DNA of 14,603 bases from Thermotogota bacterium (GTDB lineage: Bacteria > Thermotogota > Thermotogae > Petrotogales > Kosmotogaceae). The position numbers and the translations under genes were made by a program. Location: positions 1 through 14,603 of the forward strand of contig JAYEJL010000064.1 of NCBI GenBank assembly GCA_034660555.1, written 5' to 3'. The notes under the pieces were generated by a model. The model was not told where the DNA came from, did no database searches, and was given only the letters and a program-made list of their open reading frames with translations. Shown here piece after piece: positions 6,598 to 14,603 of this stretch; positions within the stretch are counted from its first letter, which is position 1; each line of letters opens with the position of its first letter.

Positions 6598-9500
6598 TGA
6601 AATCATAACCATAAAAAGCGGGATGGCTTCTTATGTATACCTTTGTAAGGAGCTTTTTGACACGGATGATTGCAGCCAGAGAATGATGAGCTATAAGCCT
6701 ATAAAATCTCACAGAGATGCCTTTGAGCGTGTTTCCAAAGCCCTTGACCCAAGAGATCGCCGTTGTTACTTATTAACTGGAAGTTATGGAACCGGTAAAT
6801 CACATCTTTGTCTTATGCTTGCGAATTACTTCATGCATCAATCAGATGTGCATGAACTTGAAGAGTTTTTTGCATCTTATAGCGAAGAAGATGAAAGTCG
6901 TGCAAAGGTTCTTTCACAAAAAAGGGCTAAAGGACGATATTTAGTAGCTGTACCTGAGTTTGCCAGTAGAGGAGACTTTGAGGAATTAGTGCTCAGGTCT
7001 ATTGATGAAGCTCTTAAACGGGAAGAATTTGAAGAAGACCTGGATTCGCATTATCAAGAGACCATGAGGAGGATCAATGCCTGGAGGCAAAAAGGAAAAT
7101 CTGGAGAAACAAGGGTAAACTTTTACGATCTATTCTGTGAAGAGCTAAAAGACAGATTCTCCGGCTGGACTGTAGATAAGCTTACCAAAGGTCTTAAAGA
7201 ATATAGCCACGAAGCTCTGCAAGTTTTTCGTCAAATACACAAAAATATTACTGCCAATGAATTTGCATATAGCAAAGATAACCTTGTGGATATCATAACA
7301 GATATTAATAGCACCAAGAAGTTTCAAGAGCGGTTTAAGGGTATTGTAATAATATATGACGAGTTTGGATACCTGCTCCAGGAAGGTCGTCTTGGTTTAA
7401 ATACTTTTCATGCATTCTCTCAATTATGCACTCACGGAAATAAAGACTGGAAAGGTAATCAACTGATCTTTATAGGAACCGCCCATAAGTCATTTATTAG
7501 CTACGCAAAAACGACCACGGCGGTTGACCTTTCCACTTTATCTGACCGGATTAATGAAGTAGCACTTCAGACCGAAGGTATGGAGGACATAATTGCCGCT
7601 ATCGTCATTCCTCAAAAAAGACATAGACTGTGGCAAGAGCATGTAGCCAAATATGGAAGCCTTTTCAATCAATTTACTAAAGACTGTAAGAGACTAAATA
7701 TTTTTAATTGGCTTCCAGCTCCGCGACTGCGTGAGAAGATTATCGAAGACATCTATCCGATGCACCCGATAGCAACATACTGTTTGCTAATTTTAGCGAA
7801 GGAAATAGGTTCTGCCAACAGATCAGTATTTACTTTTTTCTCTGGTGAGTTTGGTAGAGAAGAGGGCTCTTGCCCTTGGTTTATTCAAAATACTGACATA
7901 ATTGATAGTAAAGGGCGACTTAATCTTTATACCACTGATTATCTTTTTAACTACTTCCAAAATTCCCTCGTTTCTACAAATAAAGAGCTTCGTGAAATGA
8001 CGAGGGAGCATATTAAAAATTATGAAGCAACACTCAGAGAGCTCAATAAATATGTTAGTCAAAGAAAACAGGGAAAGCTATTTGATGAAAAAGACGAGCT
8101 CATGGAGCGTACATTGAAAGTTATGCTTATACATGAAATTGTATCTGTGAACAATAGTAAAGAGAATCTTCTTTTTTCTCTGAATTTTAGCACTGCTGAA
8201 CAGAAAAAACAACTTGAGACCAGGCTTGATCTGCTTACTAAAGCTAAAGTGCTCTATTACAACAGTATTAATGATGTCTATGAATTTAAGCGAGGTGACA
8301 TAGTAGATATTGATAGAATGATAGGTGAGTTCAAATCAGATGAAGAAAACTATCCTAAGGATATAGTAGGTAACCTAAATAAATTTGCCCCCTTAACTCG
8401 TGAATTAACTTATATAGAGGCAAAAAACTATAACCAGAACCATAATGAAGATAAGAGGCTTCTTTGCACCTTCTGCCTACCGAATGATCTATCTTCAACC
8501 AGGAAGATTGACGGTAAGGAAATGTCGTTTTTTGAATCATTAGAATATGAAATGCAAACACAAACTGATTTTAAGAAGAATTATGAAGGTATAGCGGTAT
8601 ATGTGATTTGTGAAAATAGAGAAAGTATTGATAAAGCACGTGCTTTACTTGTTAAAAATCCATCCGAAAGAATCGTGATCGCTATTCCAAAAGAACCCAT
8701 CAATGTAACCGAAATTATTTTTAATATATTAGCAATGGAATACATAAAAAAATCTGAGAAATTTGAGGAGTTTTCAACGCAAGATAGAGCTGTTTTAAAT
8801 GAAAAAGACAAACAATATTTGGAACAACTAAAAAAAGAAAGAAATAAATATTTATCACCAGAGCATATTGAATGGTATGGTAAAGCCGGGAAAACATTTC
8901 AAGTAGACACAAAAAAAGACTACGATATTGCTAATAAAGTAATTGAACCACTCTATTATCGTTATTCAAATAAACTCCAACATGATGAATTTAACAAGAT
9001 TCATGGCATTAAGTTTGATCGGACTAGAAATCAATCGCTAAAAGAGGCAGTTGAGAAAGTCCTTAATCGTTATGAATCTATAATCATTGATACAGAATAT
9101 GCACATAATCGCGGAGAAATCCGTTATCTCCGTCGATGTCTTCTTAATCCAGGGGCACTGAGACAGACAGATAAGAAGGGTTCTAAACTATATTGCGAAC
9201 CAGAAAGAGATTTATCAAAGTTCAGTCAAAACTTACCTGCTTTAGCTGATATGATTAAGGAAGTTGAGAAACTTGGAGAAGAAAAGCGGTTAAATATAAA
9301 TACATTTTTGAAAAAATATGCCCAAGATTATGGTCAAGGACTACTCGCCCTATCTTTGATGTTTGCTCTGGTACGTCGTTATTTTGGAGACAACCTAAGG
9401 ATAAAGCGTGATGAAACTGCTATTGGTGATATGCTGCTTATACAGTTTGAAGACCTCTATGACCTAATAACTGGTGAGTATCCAAAAGCATACTTAGAAC

Positions 9501-10675
9501 ATAGGGAAATTGCCGAGTCTGAGCGTAATTTTATCAACAAGTTGTATAACATCTTCTCACAGAAAAAGTTGGGCGCCGGTGAAACCGCTTCTGTAATCCA
9601 AGTTCATAGGTTAATGAAAGAATGGTGGATTGGTCTTTCTCCAGTAGTAAAAATTAAAGACGCCTATGAATCCGCAGCTGGGAATATAGAAAAATTTATT
9701 GAAGCGTTTGAAAAGATCGAGAGTAGAAACGAACATGGGTTTATCCTCGGAGATCTTCAAACTATCTATGATTTTGAACATGATGAGTTAATTACAGACG
9801 AAAGGGCAGTTCAAATATTAGAGAGGACAAGAAAAGACAAGAATACAATAGAGTCCTGCGAGAAAAAGATAGAAAATGAGATACTAAGTGGAGTCTGCCA
9901 GATTTTTAATATAGGGGGTTCTACTTATGATGACATTCAGGCTGGAGTTAGTAAATGGTTTAATGCACTCGATGGCTATCAACGGGATCTAATGGCTGAT
10001 TATCACACAAACGAGAGCAAACATTTGATATTGCACCTGGGTTCTATAATTAATGTAGAAAAGACCTTTTTTGAAGATTTACCATCATCTGCTGGAGTTG
10101 GACTTGGCAAAGTTAGAGATTGGATAGCTAATAAGACAAATGAATATTTAGAGAAAATCCGCACAGGTAAAAAGGTTATCGAAGAAAATAAATTTAGGGT
10201 CGAAAGTGCCGAGGTTGTTTTAAGCGGAGATTATAAAAGACCAAAAGACGATTCTATTCTATATACTGGAACGCTCAATGTGTTATTGAAGCACAAAGAC
10301 CCAGGAATGAAAATTTTCATTACTGCCGATGGTTCTGATCCTACTTATTCTCACAGAAAGGAAGCTGTTGGTCAATTTAAATTGGAAGTTAAAGACAACA
10401 TTACGCTGAAGTTTGTTAGTCAAGATAAGGATGGCAATTTCAGTCGTGTTACATCTCTCTCTATTACTAATGAGGACAAGAAATATGAAATTACACTTCC
10501 AAAACAACTAATGATTGGAGAACCACAGGTGCAATTTCACTTTCCAAAGAAATTGAATGGGCTAATTGTTACCATTAAATCTTTATTAAGATGTGCTCTT
10601 GAAAAAGAAATAATTGATAAGAAAAAATTGCGACAAGAAATAGAACGAATACTTAATGAAATTTTGGGGGAATAA
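6584..10675 (+). CDS. brxC: BREX BrxC/PglY-like large P-loop ATPase (DUF6079/SspC-like) with C-terminal Fn3-associated/chitobiase-like domain
   Basis: Walker A LLTGSYGTGKSHL (GSYGTGKS 6779-6802), Walker B IVIIYDEFG and the IYPMHP motif typical of BrxC/SspC ATPases. 1363 aa, SD GGAGG at 6571-6575, directly upstream of pglZ. C-terminal IFITADGSDP motif. Confidence 0.85.
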   Translation: MSKINEIITIKSGMASYVYLCKELFDTDDCSQRMMSYKPIKSHRDAFERVSKALDPRDRRCYLLTGSYGTGKSHLCLMLANYFMHQSDVHELEEFFASYSEEDESRAKVLSQKRAKGRYLVAVPEFASRGDFEELVLRSIDEALKREEFEEDLDSHYQETMRRINAWRQKGKSGETRVNFYDLFCEELKDRFSGWTVDKLTKGLKEYSHEALQVFRQIHKNITANEFAYSKDNLVDIITDINSTKKFQERFKGIVIIYDEFGYLLQEGRLGLNTFHAFSQLCTHGNKDWKGNQLIFIGTAHKSFISYAKTTTAVDLSTLSDRINEVALQTEGMEDIIAAIVIPQKRHRLWQEHVAKYGSLFNQFTKDCKRLNIFNWLPAPRLREKIIEDIYPMHPIATYCLLILAKEIGSANRSVFTFFSGEFGREEGSCPWFIQNTDIIDSKGRLNLYTTDYLFNYFQNSLVSTNKELREMTREHIKNYEATLRELNKYVSQRKQGKLFDEKDELMERTLKVMLIHEIVSVNNSKENLLFSLNFSTAEQKKQLETRLDLLTKAKVLYYNSINDVYEFKRGDIVDIDRMIGEFKSDEENYPKDIVGNLNKFAPLTRELTYIEAKNYNQNHNEDKRLLCTFCLPNDLSSTRKIDGKEMSFFESLEYEMQTQTDFKKNYEGIAVYVICENRESIDKARALLVKNPSERIVIAIPKEPINVTEIIFNILAMEYIKKSEKFEEFSTQDRAVLNEKDKQYLEQLKKERNKYLSPEHIEWYGKAGKTFQVDTKKDYDIANKVIEPLYYRYSNKLQHDEFNKIHGIKFDRTRNQSLKEAVEKVLNRYESIIIDTEYAHNRGEIRYLRRCLLNPGALRQTDKKGSKLYCEPERDLSKFSQNLPALADMIKEVEKLGEEKRLNINTFLKKYAQDYGQGLLALSLMFALVRRYFGDNLRIKRDETAIGDMLLIQFEDLYDLITGEYPKAYLEHREIAESERNFINKLYNIFSQKKLGAGETASVIQVHRLMKEWWIGLSPVVKIKDAYESAAGNIEKFIEAFEKIESRNEHGFILGDLQTIYDFEHDELITDERAVQILERTRKDKNTIESCEKKIENEILSGVCQIFNIGGSTYDDIQAGVSKWFNALDGYQRDLMADYHTNESKHLILHLGSIINVEKTFFEDLPSSAGVGLGKVRDWIANKTNEYLEKIRTGKKVIEENKFRVESAEVVLSGDYKRPKDDSILYTGTLNVLLKHKDPGMKIFITADGSDPTYSHRKEAVGQFKLEVKDNITLKFVSQDKDGNFSRVTSLSITNEDKKYEITLPKQLMIGEPQVQFHFPKKLNGLIVTIKSLLRCALEKEIIDKKKLRQEIERILNEILGE

Positions 10676-10676
10676 G

Positions 10677-13040
10677 GTGGCGATAGTATCTATTATTAAT
10701 GACAGCTTTGAGATTGGCAGAAAAGAAGACGCGCTGGTTGTCCATGGGATATCCGATTATGTAGATACTTACCTCCAGATTGTAGATTCCATATATAATA
10801 AAGTTGGCTTAAATGTTTTAGTCAGAGATTCTACCTGTTTTAAATGGCTTTCCCGACTTAAGGATCAATATGGAGCCAATTACATTGAAATCTTGGAAAA
10901 TTCTCCGCGTGAAGCAATTAAGCACCAATGGCATCTTGAACATTTACCTGATGATATAACAGATAGGGCTATACTCGAAGCAAGTCTACTCGATTTAAGA
11001 ATAGCTCCTAAAGAGGGAGAAAAATTTGAGAACATTATATTGGAGAACTTTTACAGCAGTCTTTTAACTTACCCTGAATTACCTATTGGCAGATTAGCAG
11101 AACTTTTAGAGGATTTAGTAACTGGTAGATGGAAAGACCATAGGAAAATACCACTTATTTTTAGACAATATGAAAAACGGTTAGACGGGTGGAGGGAAAA
11201 AAGAAAAAAGAAGGAGTTTGAAGAGGTAATTGAAGGTCTTAGGAATAATCCTAAGCTCCTTCAACAGCAGTTGATGAATTATAAAGTAGTAAAGAATTAT
11301 CCAAGTGAACTTGGAGAGCGAATTTTAGGTGAAAAGTATGATGTTTTCCGCAGGTTGCCTTTGGACTTGAACGATCTCAAGATAGAGAGGTCAAGTGTAG
11401 AAAAAGCAATTTATGAAATTGAAATTTTTCTTCGCAACGAAGTAGAAGTTAAGACATGCGAGGATCTTGAGATACTTCTGACCATTTTAAGTGGAGAATT
11501 ATCTATTGAATTTGATATAATTAGAAAGGCAATTTATGATCTGGAGAATGAAGTCACAAAAGACTTAATTGAAAAAGTAAAGGATAAATTTTCTGCGATT
11601 TCTAACCAAATATCAACAGATATAAAAGAACTTGATTTACTTATACACCCTATAAAACCTTCTAAACCTCAGGATTCTTGGAATGCAGAAGAATGGTTAA
11701 ACTGGGCAATTAATGAATATTTACCATACCAGTTTTGGCTTGAGGAACGAAATGAGTATGACAAGGAAATTGCTTCTTTCTCTGAAAGGTTCGCCGATTG
11801 GTTCTATAAAAACTTTATTACGCTAAGAACTTCATTTCCGAGAGTTCTGCACAATGTAGTACCCCACATTTGCCACGAAATCCGTGCTAGTGAAGGGATA
11901 AGCGTTTTTGTCGTGATAGATAATTTCAATTTCAAATACATGCGCAACCTTGAATCTTTACTTAAGCAAAGAGGGTTTTTTTGTAAAGAGCCTCAAGGTT
12001 ATTTCTCTATGATACCTACCGAAACCGAGGTTTGTAAAAAGTGTCTACTGTCTGGTGAACCTGAAAGAAATTCTATTGGAAATAAAAGTTATAAACAAAT
12101 CATAGAGGATGATTGGTATAGATTCATAGGGAATAAGAAGTTTGTATATTTATCCAATCTGGGTGCTTTAAATAAAATCAAAAAAGCAGAGCATGATGTA
12201 TATTTCCTTAACTATTGCAATATTGATGAGTTATTACATAAAGATGAAGATGAATTGGGGAAACCTCATCGGGAAGAGGTATATCATAGGATCAAAACTC
12301 TTGTGGACTTGGTAATCAGTTTTGCCAGGCGTTTAGGGATTGAACACAACCTTTCAATTTACATCTGCTCAGATCATGGTTCTACTAAAATTCAAGCAGA
12401 GACAACCAATTATATTGACAGAAAATACTATGATGCTAAAAGCGAGGACAAACATCATCGCTTCGTTGCGGTTTCAGAGAGGCAAATGCAAAACTTGCCC
12501 TCGCACGTAGAAAACAATTGTTATGTAATTCGCAAAAAAGAATATGGATTGTTGGAAAACTATCTTATAGCGAAAGGTTATGGGAGGTTTGTAAAGACTA
12601 CCGGGAAATTTTATGTTCATGGAGGATTAAGTCCTGAAGAAGTGGTCGTTCCATTTGCTGTTTTTAATAAAATAATGGCTGAGCCTAAGCAAATTCTAGT
12701 CTATTTAAGCCAGAATACTTTTCGTTATTCAGTGAAATCTACTATCAAGTTAAATATCGGAAACACAAACGAATATGAAATAGTTAATATTGTTATTGAC
12801 ATACGAAATAGCAATATAGAATGCCAGTCCCCTAAAGTTATGCGGGTAGAACCCAAAGGCAGAGTTCAGGTAGAAATACCAGCACGATTTAAGAAAAGCC
12901 CGAACAAGAAGGAAACAAATTATCTTTTAATGCGAATTCGTTATCAATTCTTAGGCAAGGATTATATTCAGGATGTCGAACCTGCCATCGTCATGAAATC
13001 GATGGTTCAGGAAAAAACAGAGTTAGAAGAACTTTTTTAA
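10677..13040 (+). CDS. pglZ: BREX PglZ alkaline-phosphatase-superfamily phosphodiesterase
   Basis: PglZ motifs VFVVIDNF, FSMIPTETEVCK, IDELLH, IYICSDHG (SDHG 12369-12380) and YVHGGLSPEEVVVP. GTG 10677 has SD GGGGGA and lies 1 nt after the brxC stop (ATG 10656 is the alternative start). The C-terminal ~115 aa are beta-rich. Confidence 0.92.
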   Translation: MAIVSIINDSFEIGRKEDALVVHGISDYVDTYLQIVDSIYNKVGLNVLVRDSTCFKWLSRLKDQYGANYIEILENSPREAIKHQWHLEHLPDDITDRAILEASLLDLRIAPKEGEKFENIILENFYSSLLTYPELPIGRLAELLEDLVTGRWKDHRKIPLIFRQYEKRLDGWREKRKKKEFEEVIEGLRNNPKLLQQQLMNYKVVKNYPSELGERILGEKYDVFRRLPLDLNDLKIERSSVEKAIYEIEIFLRNEVEVKTCEDLEILLTILSGELSIEFDIIRKAIYDLENEVTKDLIEKVKDKFSAISNQISTDIKELDLLIHPIKPSKPQDSWNAEEWLNWAINEYLPYQFWLEERNEYDKEIASFSERFADWFYKNFITLRTSFPRVLHNVVPHICHEIRASEGISVFVVIDNFNFKYMRNLESLLKQRGFFCKEPQGYFSMIPTETEVCKKCLLSGEPERNSIGNKSYKQIIEDDWYRFIGNKKFVYLSNLGALNKIKKAEHDVYFLNYCNIDELLHKDEDELGKPHREEVYHRIKTLVDLVISFARRLGIEHNLSIYICSDHGSTKIQAETTNYIDRKYYDAKSEDKHHRFVAVSERQMQNLPSHVENNCYVIRKKEYGLLENYLIAKGYGRFVKTTGKFYVHGGLSPEEVVVPFAVFNKIMAEPKQILVYLSQNTFRYSVKSTIKLNIGNTNEYEIVNIVIDIRNSNIECQSPKVMRVEPKGRVQVEIPARFKKSPNKKETNYLLMRIRYQFLGKDYIQDVEPAIVMKSMVQEKTELEELF

Positions 13041-13055
13041 TTAGGAGGGAAAGCT

Positions 13056-14474
13056 ATGCTTCCTTTTGAACAAAAGGCACAAGATTATTATGGAGAGATT
13101 GTTATAAATAAGGGGCTCTTTCGCCAAGTGGGATTTGGAGGTAGAGCAATCCCAACCTATGTAGGTGAATGGATACTTTCCCATTACATGCAAGACCAAG
13201 AAGAACTGACTAATGAGATTCGTAGCAATATAGCCAAGTTTGTAGCGAATTACCTTCCCAGCAAAGGCCAGAAGGAAGAATGGAAAAATCGTTTATTAAA
13301 CCAAGAACCTGTAAACCTTCTCGACCATTATACAGTGTCGGTTAATCTAAAAACGGGGCAGAGACACTTGAATATCCCGTTTTTTGATATGAAAGATGCT
13401 TATATTACAGAACATATTGTAGAAGAGAACGAGCTTCTTCTTACCAGTGGTGTCTGGGGAGTTGGTGAACTGTTTTATGTGCCACCTGATACTGAAAAAA
13501 GTAAGGGACAAGTTTGGATGCGTGACTTTAAACCATTTCAAATAGCAAAAGTTGATTTGGATTACCTTATTGAATGCCGACAATATTTTACTATCTCTGA
13601 GTGGATTGATTTATTAGTATCTAGCATGAGTTTTAGTCCCATCGTTAATAGCGAACGACAAAAAATGCTACTTTTGACTCGAATGCTTCCCTTGATAGAA
13701 CCACGACTTAATCTTGTGGAATTAGCTCCAAAAGGTACTGGTAAATCATTTGTTTTTGACCACCTTTCCAGGTATGCAAGAGTTATTGGCGGTGGCAAAG
13801 TCTCGCCAGCGGTACTATTCCATAATAATCAGTCCCATGAACCTGGTCTTGTAACTAGGTATGATGCAGTGGTACTTGACGAGGTTCAGAGTGTCCATGG
13901 TGACAGCACTGGCGAACTTATTGCTATGCTAAAGGTTTATCTGGAATCCGGGAAATTTAGTCGTGGAAAAACAGAAGCTACTTCTGAAGCAGGATTTGTT
14001 ATGTTAGCTAACATAACCTTAGACGAAAAGCATATGCCTATTTACATTGATAAGGGTATCTTTAAAGAATTTCCTAATTTTCTTCAAGAAACAGCATTTA
14101 TTGATAGGTTACATGGTGTAATTCCAGGATGGTATTTGCCCCGTGTAACCCAGGATACTCCATCTATATACTTGGGATTCAAAGGGGACTTATTTGCTGA
14201 AGTAATGCACAATTTAAGAAAGGATTTAAAATATACAGACTATGTAAATATGAACATGCATCTTGTAGGTTGTGATGATTTACGAGATAAGAAAGCTATT
14301 ACCAGAACTGCCACAGCATATCTTAAGTTATTTTTCCCTCATCTAAAGGTGACCAATGAGGAGTTCGTAAAATATTGTGTTCAACCAGCTATTGAACTTA
14401 GACAACAAATCCGAGATGAGTTATGGAAAATGGATAAAGAATATAAGAAGGTAAGTATAGGAATTGAAGATTAG
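13056..14474 (+). CDS. brxL: BREX BrxL, short form (MCM-like AAA+ ATPase lacking the C-terminal Lon protease domain)
   Basis: AIPTYVGEWIL N-terminal motif, EWIDLLVSSM, NLVELAPKGTGKS (Walker A), VVLDEVQ (Walker B), YLESGKFSRG and AFIDRLHGVIPGW. 472 aa, SD AGGAGG at 13043-13048. Confidence 0.9.
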   Translation: MLPFEQKAQDYYGEIVINKGLFRQVGFGGRAIPTYVGEWILSHYMQDQEELTNEIRSNIAKFVANYLPSKGQKEEWKNRLLNQEPVNLLDHYTVSVNLKTGQRHLNIPFFDMKDAYITEHIVEENELLLTSGVWGVGELFYVPPDTEKSKGQVWMRDFKPFQIAKVDLDYLIECRQYFTISEWIDLLVSSMSFSPIVNSERQKMLLLTRMLPLIEPRLNLVELAPKGTGKSFVFDHLSRYARVIGGGKVSPAVLFHNNQSHEPGLVTRYDAVVLDEVQSVHGDSTGELIAMLKVYLESGKFSRGKTEATSEAGFVMLANITLDEKHMPIYIDKGIFKEFPNFLQETAFIDRLHGVIPGWYLPRVTQDTPSIYLGFKGDLFAEVMHNLRKDLKYTDYVNMNMHLVGCDDLRDKKAITRTATAYLKLFFPHLKVTNEEFVKYCVQPAIELRQQIRDELWKMDKEYKKVSIGIED

Positions 14475-14501
14475 TAAACATAATTTGAATGTAGTGAGAC
14501 C

Positions 14502-14539
14502 AATAAACTACCCCGCCGCTTGCGGCGGGGTAGTTTATT
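14502..14539. terminator. 18-bp perfect inverted repeat downstream of brxL; probable (bidirectional) terminator or REP-like element
   Basis: AATAAACTACCCCGCCGC-TT-GCGGCGGGGTAGTTTATT, starting 27 nt after the brxL stop. GC-rich core with TTTATT tails readable on both strands. Confidence 0.75.
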
Positions 14540-14603
14540 AAAAAAATAAGTTATATATAAAATGATGAAGATTAAATATTGCCATAAAATACTTAAGGAT
14601 TTA

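Larger units (their letters stand above)
999..14539 (+). other. BREX-family phage-defence operon (non-canonical subtype)
   Basis: Eight co-oriented genes with gaps of 60 nt or less, or overlaps. They include the BREX hallmark pair brxC + pglZ, plus brxL and an adenine methyltransferase. Bounded by a promoter and a hairpin. Confidence 0.9.

Noticed and set aside
5277..10675. Interpretation as an SspBCD phosphorothioation system
   Set aside because: DUF4007 and the ATPase resemble SspB/SspC, but no SspD/PAPS reductase, SspA or SspE is present in the window, and pglZ/brxL follow directly.
1523..13798. All short minus-strand ORFs (60-109 aa) inside the MTase, DUF4007, BrxF-like, brxC and brxL genes
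   Set aside because: They are fully overlapped by long motif-bearing + strand CDSs and show no recognisable domains or SD sites.
14572..14603. Possible ORF start ATGATGAAGATT... running off the window end
   Set aside because: Only ~10 codons are visible, with no SD, so it cannot be supported.
1..14603. CRISPR array, tRNA/rRNA, integrase or transposase
   Set aside because: No regularly spaced repeats, RNA-gene signatures or recombinase/transposase motifs were seen by eye.

Overview
AT-rich (roughly 35% GC by spot counts) bacterial window. It is almost entirely occupied by one apparently complete, co-directional (+ strand) anti-phage operon of about 13.5 kb, running from a sigma70-like promoter (~999-1026) to a long hairpin (14502-14539). 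Gene order: XRE HTH regulator; large Eco57I/Type IIG-like N6-adenine methyltransferase whose N-terminal restriction-nuclease domain appears to have lost its catalytic residues; coiled-coil + Mrr_N winged-helix protein; DUF4007 (SspB/BrxP-associated) protein; small BrxF-like P-loop protein; BrxC/PglY-like ATPase with a C-terminal Fn3/chitobiase-like domain; PglZ; short BrxL without a Lon protease domain. This is a BREX-family system that matches no canonical subtype as I know them. It has the type 4-like core (DUF4007, BrxC, PglZ, short BrxL) but no PAPS-reductase/phosphorothioation gene, and carries instead a PglX-like methyltransferase, a type 3-like BrxF and an accessory Mrr_N protein. The first ~1 kb is a mosaic of gene fragments, including a truncated thermonuclease. 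All family assignments come from motif recognition by eye; no searches were run.
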